A DNA stretch of 64,000 nt from the IMG/VR virus record IMGVR_UViG_3300032304_001060, positions 1 through 64,000 of that record. One strand, given 5' to 3'. Positions within the stretch are counted from its first letter, which is position 1, and each line of letters opens with the position of its first letter. Origin of the DNA: a virus. Below the pieces are notes generated by a model. It did not search any database. It was not told where the DNA came from and saw nothing but the letters and a program-made list of their open reading frames with translations. The position numbers and the translations under genes were made by a program. Below, piece after piece: positions 28,290 through 37,690 of this stretch.

Positions 28290-29810
28290 TAAAAGTCGTC
28301 AACCGTGTCTCTCACCTGGCTGGTCCTGTGCGCGATCTCGCTTAATGGTGGGGGGTCAACTGATCATCTTGTCTTGTGTTAACAACATCACCTGACTATT
28401 AATCAGGTGACAATGTGTAAACACATGCGTTGTTATCAGGTGGTACAGGTTGCTCGGTGACAACTTCGGTGACGTGATCACTTCGGCTACTGCACTCGTG
28501 GTACACATGGCTGTGTTGGTAACACCAGACTGACAGCCATCTGCGCCAGATGTAATCAGGTCACATGTACACGTTGTTATATCGATTCCGACTGCCTATT
28601 GGCATCGTGGTGCATTCACCTGTCGGTAGATATAACAACGTGGCCACGTGTTATTTATTTATTTGTTGCTGTTGTTACGTTGTACAACGTTGTCGTACTC
28701 AATCAGCCACGTCGCGACGTTGGCTATCGATTGATCACTTAACAACTCTGATACTGGATACATATCTGCATCTCCTTTCCCTCTCACTTACTTACTCTTC
28801 CTTAGCGATTATTTTGTTAACTTTTATCTTGTGATCTCTCTCTCTAATACAGCGTTGATCTATTGATTGTTAGATCGTTACTGGAAAAAAATCCCTGCGC
28901 CGAATTCCCACGTGGTCATCTGGCCATCTGGCCATGTGATCATCTGGGGCTCATCTCGTGCGTGTGCGCCCACATCGACCCGTTCGACCCGTATTCCACC
29001 GACCACCACTCACGCTCAAATCACGCTCAGGTGGCTCACGCTCAATACCCCGTACAGGCCTCCTACGGCCTCTCTGAGCCCCGATACCCCCATTCTGACC
29101 CAATCACCCACGCCCAGACCCGATCGTGGCTCCCAGCCCTGCTCTGGAACCTCGGAATTCTCCGATCGCCACGCTATGACCAGCGTGTACGGGGTTGTCG
29201 TACAGGCATGGTTTAATTCTCCTATCGGCACTCGCGTGAACGATCGTTCTGAATTCAGAATCCCTTCGGGGCAATTCAATTCGATCTACTAGCAGAAGAG
29301 AAAAAAGCCAAAAGTACTTATTGCAAAAGCGGTGTACTCATTCGAATCATTATGAATCCCTAGGGAATTCGAATCAGGTGACGGAAAGCATTCACTTACT
29401 TAATTAAATAGAGACTAGATACTTGCGAGAGATCGTATTGGTCATTACTGGAATAAAGAATTCATTCTGTAAGGCGCAATAAATTCATCTAACAAATTGC
29501 AATATGCATGCACATGATGACGATCTACTTACTATCGAAACGATTATGAAAATAATTGTGAATAGCAAGGGGCTAGTGAAGATTGCGGAGATTGTTAATA
29601 GGTTGATCATGGATTGCCATACAAGGTGCAGTCGGTAATCAATCCGCACGACAGAACAATGAAATTAATCTATTAACAATTAGCAAATCTACTTATGTGT
29701 TTTCTGTGATCACCAACTACTAAATAGACAGCGATCTATCTGCGGTTGGTGATCGCGGTGAATACATATCCTGTATTCAAATTCACCTAGACAATGAAAT
29801 GAGAAAACAA
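28290..29810. other. Large non-coding region between divergent gene blocks (candidate origin, terminus or early control region)
   Basis: Strand switch, no credible ORFs, many palindromes and an AT-rich stretch at about 29290-29700. Confidence 0.6.
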
Positions 29811-29811
29811 A

Positions 29812-29979
29812 ATGACTACATTCGTTAATCAAAACAACGAAGTAATTGCACGTGGCACTATCAAACCTCAATTAATTGACATCGTATTTAACGATGGCAC
29901 TCGCTTCTACTCAACAAAATCAGATGGCTACACACTCGACTTCCTCAAGAACCTACAAATTGCAAAGGTCGTAAAGTAA
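29812..29979 (+). CDS. Hypothetical protein (55 aa)
   Basis: Manual translation MTTFVNQNNEVIARGTIKPQLIDIVFNDGTRFYSTKSDGYTLDFLKNLQIAKVVK. The stop abuts the next ATG. Confidence 0.55.
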   Translation: MTTFVNQNNEVIARGTIKPQLIDIVFNDGTRFYSTKSDGYTLDFLKNLQIAKVVK

Positions 29980-30282
29980 ATGAGCAATCGCACATCGAAT
30001 GCAAAATCTTTTTCGTACATCGTTAATCGCATCGCATTCAAAGCAAACAATTTCTACGGCTATCTCTGGCCACTCTGCGGTGAATTCACACCAACGATCG
30101 GAATGCTCCCAGCCGATTATCTCGACGAATTAAAAGGCGTTGAATACATCGTCTATTCATACGGCACTCCAATCGCATGGTTTAAGAATGGTGAATGGAC
30201 TATCCCAGCACTCAAATACTCAACAACAACATCGAAACATCAAAACTACGTCAGAAGGGCGGTTGCATCACATGGGTTCTAA
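29980..30282 (+). CDS. Hypothetical phage early protein
   Basis: YIVYSYGTPIAW...YSTTTSKHQ motif, common in actinophages. Confidence 0.65.
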   Translation: MSNRTSNAKSFSYIVNRIAFKANNFYGYLWPLCGEFTPTIGMLPADYLDELKGVEYIVYSYGTPIAWFKNGEWTIPALKYSTTTSKHQNYVRRAVASHGF

Positions 30283-30550
30283 TTTCGCAAACGAATTGGC
30301 AAGCGGTGATCTTCTTAAAAATCTCGATCAGCAATTATCAATTCACTTTCAACACAATTGCTATCCACCTGTTCCACTCATCATGATCAACGTTGCTATT
30401 GATGCGATCAACGCGGTCAATGCTGGCGATTATGGTTACGAGATTTTGTTGCCAGATGAAATCTCATTCAAAGGCTCACACATCGTGCATGCAATCAACG
30501 CGGTTGATGCACTTCGACTACACGCATGGATAGGAGTAGATGACGAATGA
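30272..30550 (+). CDS. Hypothetical protein
   Basis: MGSNFANELA...HFQHNCYPPVP. Confidence 0.6.
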   Translation: MGSNFANELASGDLLKNLDQQLSIHFQHNCYPPVPLIMINVAIDAINAVNAGDYGYEILLPDEISFKGSHIVHAINAVDALRLHAWIGVDDE

Positions 30551-30791
30551 CAATCTTTCTTCTTGCTGTTATCGCTGGCATCGCTGGCGTTCTTCTGGAG
30601 AACTTCTTTTACGATCGATCACAATCGCATCGTCGGTTCTAACAGACTTCGATCTGCGGAACTACATAGATCGAGTCACGACTTGAAACGATGAGATGGA
30701 ATCGCGTTCGTCGAATTTATTTTGGATTTTCGACTAACCCCAAGTCCAATAATCAATTCATAGGTTGCAGGGTTCTTTTGCTACTTCTAAA

Positions 30792-30845
30792 GATCGAAAC
30801 AGCACTTCGGTGCTGTCGCGTTGTTACGCAACGCCTGATGAGATC
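30792..30845 (+). ncRNA. Type II hammerhead ribozyme
   Basis: GAUC-GAAA-CAGCAC(UUCG)GUGCUG-UC^-GCGUUG(UUACG)CAACGC-CUGAUGA-GAUC has all core nucleotides and three perfect stems. Predicted cleavage after C30817. Confidence 0.9.
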
Positions 30846-30882
30846 ACTTATCGGTACACCTAGACATGAAACGGAATAACAA

Positions 30883-31764
30883 ATGACCACAGATACAAAA
30901 TCTCTCTTCGTACCAACACTCGCATCAACATCTCACTACATACCTCGCACATTCGCTGGCCACGTCGGCGAATTTGAAACATTCGATTACGCACTTGAAA
31001 ACAATCTCAATGTGCTCATCGAAGGCGAGACTGGAACTGGTAAGACTTCTGGCGTTATGGCGTACTGCGCCCAACGTCATCTCAACTTCTTTGCTGTTCC
31101 TTGCAACAGCGCAATTGATTTCACTCAGGTGATCGGCGGTCTATTCCCGAATGCTGATGGCAAATTGGAATGGGTTGACGGCGGTATCACTCGCATCGTT
31201 CGTGAGGGCGGTGTCTTGTTGATTAACGAATTAAACAATGCGCCGAAGAATCTCTCTCAGTACCTCATGTCATTACTTGATGATCGTCGCTCGATCACTC
31301 TCATGGGTCATGGCAACGAGGTTGTGACTGCACACAAGGACTTGCTGATCGTTGCAGATCAGAATCCAAATTATCGTGGCACTCAACTTCTCAATGAGGC
31401 ATGGAAAGATCGCTTCGAGATTAAATTGCGTTACAACTACGACAACGCGATTGAGAAGAAGATCGTTACATCGTCAGCACTTCTGGAACTTGCGAATGGA
31501 ATTCGTTCTACATCGCGCCAGAATGAATACGCATCAGATCGCGGAACGATCTTCGAGACCCCAGTATCGCCTCGTCTACTTAAGACGTTCGAGAAAATCG
31601 CTCGTGATCTTTCATACGACTTTGCAGTCGATAACTTCGTCAACAACTTTACCGATGAAGAACGCCCTGCGGTGAAGATGCTCATCGAAGGTGCTTCATA
31701 CAACATCAAGGAAGAACTCGGTCTTGCTGTTGATTCAATCACCACCGAACACGCCAACGCGTAA
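30883..31764 (+). CDS. MoxR/CbbQ-like AAA+ ATPase
   Basis: GETGTGKT, LEWVDG, LLINELN, NPNYRGT..LNEAWKDRF and SPR. Confidence 0.85.
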   Translation: MTTDTKSLFVPTLASTSHYIPRTFAGHVGEFETFDYALENNLNVLIEGETGTGKTSGVMAYCAQRHLNFFAVPCNSAIDFTQVIGGLFPNADGKLEWVDGGITRIVREGGVLLINELNNAPKNLSQYLMSLLDDRRSITLMGHGNEVVTAHKDLLIVADQNPNYRGTQLLNEAWKDRFEIKLRYNYDNAIEKKIVTSSALLELANGIRSTSRQNEYASDRGTIFETPVSPRLLKTFEKIARDLSYDFAVDNFVNNFTDEERPAVKMLIEGASYNIKEELGLAVDSITTEHANA

Positions 31765-31773
31765 GGAGATTAC

Positions 31774-33672
31774 ATGTCATCAATCAAACTCTATGAAGAT
31801 TTCCTTTTAGGAGATCAATCAGAGGCTAAGGAACAACGTCGTATCGCAGATGAAAAGCGACAGAGACTTGAACGATTCACTCAATTCTTTGGTCGTGTGA
31901 ATTCTGCATTCACATTCCGCAAAGTGACTGTCAAGGTTGAGGACTCACCTATCGGTGCACCAGCGTGGTCTGGTGCATCGGAGGTGACATTCAATTCTCG
32001 TTTACTTGATCTCGATAGTCCGCAATCAATTGCTGGCTTGAAAGGTCTTGATCTACACGAGATCAGTCACATTCTTTATACGCCACGTGAGGGCTCTGAG
32101 ATATTTGATTACGTCAAAGAGAACGATTATCTACAGGCATACAACTGCCTCGAAGATCAACGTATCGAGACACTCTTTACATCAAAGTATCCGTCAACGA
32201 TTGATTGGTTCACAGCCACGATCTTGATTCACTTCGTTGATAAGCCAGAGGCATTCAACGCTTCTTATCCGTTGCTACGCGGTCGTAGATACTTACCCGT
32301 TGAATTGCGTGCACGCTCTCGTAACGCATATATCAATCAATCTAATCTCGATGAAATCTGCGAGATCGTCGATGCCTATCGCTCTCTTATCTTTCCTACT
32401 GATACTGAACAAGGAAAAGATTTAATTGCGCGATTCCACAAACTATTGCCAAAGCAGGATTCACCTGCTGGCGAAGGACAGGGCACACAGACTGTCACAG
32501 TACGGATTCAAGACCCGTTCGGACATGGTGAGAGGCCACAGGAGGGTATTGAGTCATCGGTTGATTCACGCCCTGTATCGCCACTTAAGCAGAAGCAGGA
32601 TCGTGCACGTTCACAGGCCAACGATGGTGAAGATGATTCGGCTCTTGCTGATTCACTTCGCAACGATGATCTCGTGATCGATATTGATCTATCTGGTGCA
32701 GGTGACGATGGTGATGCTGATGCTGATGGTGATGGTGATGATTCTTTGGATTCTGATAATTCATCTGATGGTGATTCTGCTGGTGATTCTGCTGGTGACA
32801 TGACAATCATTCAAGATTTTCTCGATGATCTTTTGAATGACGAAAATGTTGCTAGTGAAATCAACAACATCATTCGACAAATTGGTGGAGCACCTTCTCT
32901 TTCTACCAATGATTCGAAAGAACCGAAGATCAAGGACTACATGTCGCTCAGTCCAGATGCAGATACATTTCATGCATCACTTTCTTTCGGTCGTGAATTA
33001 GAACGATTGAAAGCATCATTCGACCCTGCATGGGATAAGTACGAGTCACAGGGGCGTATCGATGCACATCGTTACCTTCGCGGTGATGATCTCGATACAG
33101 TCTTTGATCAATGGAATGAGGGTCGTGAAGATGCGACTGAAATTTCATGTGTGATCATGCTCGATACTTCTGGCTCGATGAATGGCACTAAAGCAACATC
33201 TGCATACAAAGCCATGTATGCAATTAAACGTGCACTCGACAAGATCAATGCAGAATGTACTGTGATCACATTTAACGATTCAGTACACACGCTTTATCGT
33301 GCATCAGATAAGGCTGGTAACACTCTTCGTCATGCTGGAACTGGTGGCGGTACAAACGCTGATGAGGCAATCAGGTATGCGACCAAAGTGTTGGCCGAGA
33401 CTGAGAAGCCTGTACGTGTTCTCTTCGCAATTACCGATGGGGATTGGTACGGCGATCAGACTCTCAACGATGAAGCGATCAGTCGCTTGTCTCGTGCTGG
33501 TGTGCTTACAGCACTTGCCTACATTCCAGAAAAAAAATCGTCAGTAAATCTTGCTGACATCAATTCTCATCAATGCGAGATCAAAGCAGTCGTGCGTAAT
33601 CCAATTGACCTAATTGGAATGGCTCGATCAATTACTCGCTACGCGATCAATCGCAGATTGATCAACAACTAA
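31774..33672 (+). CDS. vWA (MIDAS) protein with N-terminal HExxH region, partner of the AAA+ ATPase
   Basis: LHEISH...NCLEDQRIE, an acidic linker, and MLDTSGSM, GGGT, ITDG. Confidence 0.85.
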   Translation: MSSIKLYEDFLLGDQSEAKEQRRIADEKRQRLERFTQFFGRVNSAFTFRKVTVKVEDSPIGAPAWSGASEVTFNSRLLDLDSPQSIAGLKGLDLHEISHILYTPREGSEIFDYVKENDYLQAYNCLEDQRIETLFTSKYPSTIDWFTATILIHFVDKPEAFNASYPLLRGRRYLPVELRARSRNAYINQSNLDEICEIVDAYRSLIFPTDTEQGKDLIARFHKLLPKQDSPAGEGQGTQTVTVRIQDPFGHGERPQEGIESSVDSRPVSPLKQKQDRARSQANDGEDDSALADSLRNDDLVIDIDLSGAGDDGDADADGDGDDSLDSDNSSDGDSAGDSAGDMTIIQDFLDDLLNDENVASEINNIIRQIGGAPSLSTNDSKEPKIKDYMSLSPDADTFHASLSFGRELERLKASFDPAWDKYESQGRIDAHRYLRGDDLDTVFDQWNEGREDATEISCVIMLDTSGSMNGTKATSAYKAMYAIKRALDKINAECTVITFNDSVHTLYRASDKAGNTLRHAGTGGGTNADEAIRYATKVLAETEKPVRVLFAITDGDWYGDQTLNDEAISRLSRAGVLTALAYIPEKKSSVNLADINSHQCEIKAVVRNPIDLIGMARSITRYAINRRLINN

Positions 33673-33766
33673 CTGTCACGTCTAGGTGGCAACTGGTGGG
33701 GTGCGTTACTCGTGGAGGGCTGGCGCACCCCACTCCACACACAACTATTAATGGGAGAACAAATAA

Positions 33767-34387
33767 ATGAAATTTCAAGAATTAGAACTCGGTATTGAAT
33801 ACGGCGTTATTCCATCATGGGAATACTCATCGAAAGATAAAAAGAATCCAGATACAGTCGTTCGTAGACAGGTTGCAAAAGCAACTTTGGTATCGCTGGA
33901 TAAGTACGAGTACATCGTTTATCGATCAGGACAAGCCGATAGTCCAAACTTCAAACCAGCACCCAAAGGTTCCAGAAGTGTTGGTTATCTGGTGCAGTCA
34001 CATGATTGGGCTGAGGCAGGAACGACAGATTCGATCTTCTGGCTTGCACGTCCTCAAGACATCATCGCTCCTCATGCTGATCTTGAAGCGCGTTGGGTTA
34101 TTAAAGAGGCAGAAGAGAAGGCTCAGATCGCCAAAGAACAGGCCGAACGTGAAGAACAAGAACGCATCGAACGTGAAACAACGGCGCGTGAGCAACGAAT
34201 TGTTGATTCATGTATTAAGGCTCTGAATTCAATTATCGGAACACAATTAACCGAACACGTGTATGCACAGGTAGGTCGATCATTTAGCCATGGTGTATAT
34301 CAACCGAATGCAGAATTTCGTCTTAACGGACGCACGATGCAAATCCTGATTGAAAAAGTACTAGAGGCCAGAGATGAGGTGGCGTAA
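33767..34387 (+). CDS. Hypothetical protein
   Basis: 206 aa ORF with RBS. Confidence 0.6.
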   Translation: MKFQELELGIEYGVIPSWEYSSKDKKNPDTVVRRQVAKATLVSLDKYEYIVYRSGQADSPNFKPAPKGSRSVGYLVQSHDWAEAGTTDSIFWLARPQDIIAPHADLEARWVIKEAEEKAQIAKEQAEREEQERIERETTAREQRIVDSCIKALNSIIGTQLTEHVYAQVGRSFSHGVYQPNAEFRLNGRTMQILIEKVLEARDEVA

Positions 34388-35109
34388 TGGAGACAGCAAC
34401 AATTGATCGCGTAGAGAAACTACGCAATTACTATGAAAAGTACGATCATGCAGTCGGCACTACATTCACAACAACATGGTGTGGGAGACGTTTTCGATTG
34501 CCTTATGTAGCAGAGGTAACACAACTTGAACGCGAGTACATTCGAGAGGAGTACGAAGGGTTCGAATTAATAATCACAAAATCTTCTTGGAAGTATCAAG
34601 AGATTTTTGATGTCAACGGCGATCACTTTAAACATGGCAACGTATTAAAAGATGAAATTGATGGGCGTGGGAAAGAACAATTCCGTACTGAGTATATTGC
34701 TTTTGCATGGGAGATCAAAGATCACTACCTTCATGCAGAGTTAAATACTCCGCATGCTTTTGAATTTTCAGTTTTGTGTGGCCTTGGAATCTCGGATTCG
34801 TATGACAAGACTCGAAAGACTGCAATTAAAAAGTTAGACACACTTAAAAAAATCAAAGATGTCTTGCCACGTCTTATCGCAATCTGTGATGAGAGGTTGT
34901 TGATTGGTCATGATCAGAAAGAAAAGTACAGACCATTCAACGTACTAATTGGTGATGAGGTTTTCGTTCAAGCCCATGGGCGAAAGCGCAAGGGAATTGT
35001 GGTTGGTACAACTGGCTCACGATTTATCGTGGGCTATGTAACGCCTTCAAATTATCGTGACCTTAAGTACAAGACCCTTGGAATGGAACATCTATGGGTG
35101 AAGCCGTAA
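34387..35109 (+). CDS. Hypothetical protein with C-terminal KOW/SH3-like segment
   Basis: 240 aa, IGDEVFV...RKGIVVG. Confidence 0.55.
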   Translation: METATIDRVEKLRNYYEKYDHAVGTTFTTTWCGRRFRLPYVAEVTQLEREYIREEYEGFELIITKSSWKYQEIFDVNGDHFKHGNVLKDEIDGRGKEQFRTEYIAFAWEIKDHYLHAELNTPHAFEFSVLCGLGISDSYDKTRKTAIKKLDTLKKIKDVLPRLIAICDERLLIGHDQKEKYRPFNVLIGDEVFVQAHGRKRKGIVVGTTGSRFIVGYVTPSNYRDLKYKTLGMEHLWVKP

Positions 35110-35504
35110 AACTATGTGGGAGGTGCAAGGTTGAACAATCAATTGACAACTTCGACACCTACAACAGAGGTGCAATCGAAGTCTGCAAGCCATGCAGACG
35201 AGAGCGCGGTCGTGAGTACTACAAACGATCACGTCCACACATCAAAGAGTGGATTTACGATTACTTATCGAGTAATCCATGTGTCGACTGTGGTGAGAAC
35301 GACCCCCTGCGACTCGAATTCGATCACCGAAGTGAGAAGCACTTCAACATCGGTAAGTCATTTATCGGTAAAGCAAAGAACATCGAGATCGTCCAATCTG
35401 AGATCGCAAAGTGCGATGTCCGATGCGCTAATTGCCACAAAGTAAAAACGCACAAAGAACAAGACACTTGGAAATACCGAATGTCCGTAGAAAGGAATCA
35501 GTAA
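35094..35504 (+). CDS. HNH-like endonuclease
   Basis: CGRC..CKPC and PCVDCG...LEFDH...KCDVRCANCH. Confidence 0.75.
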   Translation: MGEAVKLCGRCKVEQSIDNFDTYNRGAIEVCKPCRRERGREYYKRSRPHIKEWIYDYLSSNPCVDCGENDPLRLEFDHRSEKHFNIGKSFIGKAKNIEIVQSEIAKCDVRCANCHKVKTHKEQDTWKYRMSVERNQ

Positions 35505-35677
35505 TGAAATTAAATCGCAGAGGTTGGATTGTGCTGGTTGTTATTCCAGCAATCGTTGCAACACTCTTTTTTACATGGGCAACGCGTGATGTCTGCTATG
35601 TAGGTGAGGGTGGAAATTTCTTGGGCTATGGCTCATGCACTCAGATGATCGACAATGCAATTAATGGAGGAAAATAA
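35504..35677 (+). CDS. Small membrane protein
   Basis: MKLNRRGWIVLVVIPAIVATLFF. Confidence 0.55.
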   Translation: MKLNRRGWIVLVVIPAIVATLFFTWATRDVCYVGEGGNFLGYGSCTQMIDNAINGGK

Positions 35678-35832
35678 ATGAAAAAGTGGAACATAAGTGA
35701 GGACACAGTACTGATGCGGTGCTGTGATGAAGTGCAATTCGAGTACACATGCTCAGAGTGTGGTGAAAGAGGCGGTTGCTACTTCTGCGATTTCAATCTT
35801 GATGAACCCTGCGAATGTAAGGAGGAAAATAA

Positions 35833-36039
35833 ATGACAAACGAACCAGAAAACCAGATCACACTTGTATGGAGTACAGAGGACATTCAAGAACTCTGCCC
35901 ACAGATGAGCGATGAAGAAGCGATCGAAGCACTCCACACGATTCGAGAGACATTCAAAGATAGATCAACCGAAGAAGGTTGGAACATTCTTGAATGTGCA
36001 CTTGAATTTTACGGATTCATTCCAGAGGAAGAGGACTAA
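35833..36039 (+). CDS. Hypothetical protein
   Basis: 68 aa acidic ORF with GGAGG RBS. Confidence 0.55.
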   Translation: MTNEPENQITLVWSTEDIQELCPQMSDEEAIEALHTIRETFKDRSTEEGWNILECALEFYGFIPEEED

Positions 36040-36219
36040 TAAATGGGATACATCGAAACAATCAGGATTACACCTGAGCAACTTGATCTCTGTGACAACT
36101 GCAATCAGCAAGGACTGAAAGCAAGTGGTCACTACGCAAACGATTCTTATGGAGAAGCAGTTATTTTCTTCTGCTTCAACTGCAAACGAAAATTGATAAC
36201 ACTTAAATAAGGAGAACGT

Positions 36220-36552
36220 ATGTCAAAAGATCAAGACGATCTCGTTAAGTCACTTAGATTCGCCAATGAATTCCTCAAAGTTACTCGTGGATTTAAATTG
36301 GAGTCACAGCGACCAGACGGGTTGCCACAAGAACTAAAAGAACATCTTGCAAACGAACACTTGAATGCACTCATCGAAGAGCACGAACTAGAGCCAGAGA
36401 TGTTGATCTGGGGCTTGCTACACATGCTCGAAGTAGTGTTGAAGTACTCAGAACTAAGTCCAGAGGAACTCTCCGAAGTAATGGAGCAGTTTATTCACGC
36501 AGTAGAACACACGCCTGAGATATTCGATGGAGATGATGATGACCACCGCTAG
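36220..36552 (+). CDS. Hypothetical protein
   Basis: 110 aa with AGGAG RBS. Confidence 0.6.
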   Translation: MSKDQDDLVKSLRFANEFLKVTRGFKLESQRPDGLPQELKEHLANEHLNALIEEHELEPEMLIWGLLHMLEVVLKYSELSPEELSEVMEQFIHAVEHTPEIFDGDDDDHR

Positions 36553-36823
36553 ATCAGAATTACTAGACGGCATGACACCGACGATCACAGGTGCGCCATG
36601 TCAATCAACAGAACCAGAGATATTCTTTCCAGACCCAACTGATTACGAAACGATCAAGGTTGCCAAAGAATTTTGTGCATCATGTAAGGCAGACGTTAAA
36701 AATAAATGTCTGTCATTCGCTCTCGAAAACAAGATTTGGTATGGAGTCTGGGGAGGACTTACAGAACGTGAACGCATGAACTTCCGCAGACAACAGATGA
36801 GAAGGGAATATCGGAATGACTGA
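36527..36823 (+). CDS. whiB: WhiB-family transcription factor
   Basis: C...PEIFFP...AKEFCASC...C...GVWGGLTERER. Confidence 0.9.
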   Translation: MEMMMTTARSELLDGMTPTITGAPCQSTEPEIFFPDPTDYETIKVAKEFCASCKADVKNKCLSFALENKIWYGVWGGLTERERMNFRRQQMRREYRND

Positions 36824-37016
36824 TGAGATCACAGACGATCTATGGTGGAACTGTGTTTACGAATATGCACACATGGATTTATCTGCGCTATTTGTAGTAA
36901 AGATTTACGCACCAACTAAAGAATTGGCCATTGAAGAGGCTGATAAACAATTAATGGGATACCTATTGCTACCTAGCAATTGGGAATTTGTAGACTGTCA
37001 GGAGACAACAAACTAA
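36816..37016 (+). CDS. Hypothetical protein
   Basis: 66 aa coupled ORF. Confidence 0.5.
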   Translation: MTDEITDDLWWNCVYEYAHMDLSALFVVKIYAPTKELAIEEADKQLMGYLLLPSNWEFVDCQETTN

Positions 37017-37119
37017 TGAGATGCAAAGAGTGTGGCGCAAAAATTGTTTACGTAAGCATGACAGAGCATGGAACATGGTCATGTAGCGACTGCGGTTGGG
37101 ATACGGGGGTGGAGGACTA

Positions 37120-37305
37120 ATGACTGATTGGCTCACCAGCAAAGACATCGCAGAACAAACTGGTCTGAAATTAGACACGATTTATACATACAGACAGCGC
37201 AAGACGTTGCCTGAACCCGATTACACGATCGGCAGAACACCGCTATGGAAGCAATCAACTATTGATGAATGGAATTCATCTCGATCAGAATTGGAGATTA
37301 ATTAA
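37120..37305 (+). CDS. AlpA/excisionase-like HTH protein
   Basis: WLTSKDIAEQTGLKLDTIYTYR...LPEPD..IGRTPLW..STIDEW, upstream of the recombinase. Confidence 0.75.
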   Translation: MTDWLTSKDIAEQTGLKLDTIYTYRQRKTLPEPDYTIGRTPLWKQSTIDEWNSSRSELEIN

Positions 37306-37660
37306 TGGCAATCAAGTACCGAGACTGTGCAGAGTGTGCAGATCAGCACAATGTAAATGACATGTATCCATACGAAGGTTGGTACATCTGCCAGCCATGT
37401 CTAGACGAGTCATTCGTATTAATGGAGGTCAAGTAATGACACAACTGATCGTCTACATCGATCTTCCAGAAGATCACAAGGTCGATGAAGAACCGAAATT
37501 CATGGAAGCAATCAAAGACACGCTTGAGACGAACGATCACATAACTTATTGGGAGTGGGAGATTCGTTAAGTAACTTTTATCTCCGCCAAAAAAGTTACT
37601 TCTAAACACATAAGTAGATCGCAATCTTCACTAGCCGTATCTAGTCTCAACAATTGAGAT

Positions 37661-37690
37661 GCCCCAGATGAGAATCTGGGGCTTTTTTTT
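37661..37690 (+). terminator. Intrinsic terminator
   Basis: GCCCCAGAT-GAGA-ATCTGGGGC followed by a T8 tract. Confidence 0.8.

Noticed and set aside
28565-29292. ORFs of 87-141 aa in the switch region
   Set aside because: They have no convincing RBS, atypical composition and mutual overlaps, so the region is better explained as non-coding.
36819-36845. Second hammerhead-like CTGATGA-GATC...GATC
   Set aside because: It is followed by TATG instead of GAAA, lacks stems I and III, and lies within a coding start.
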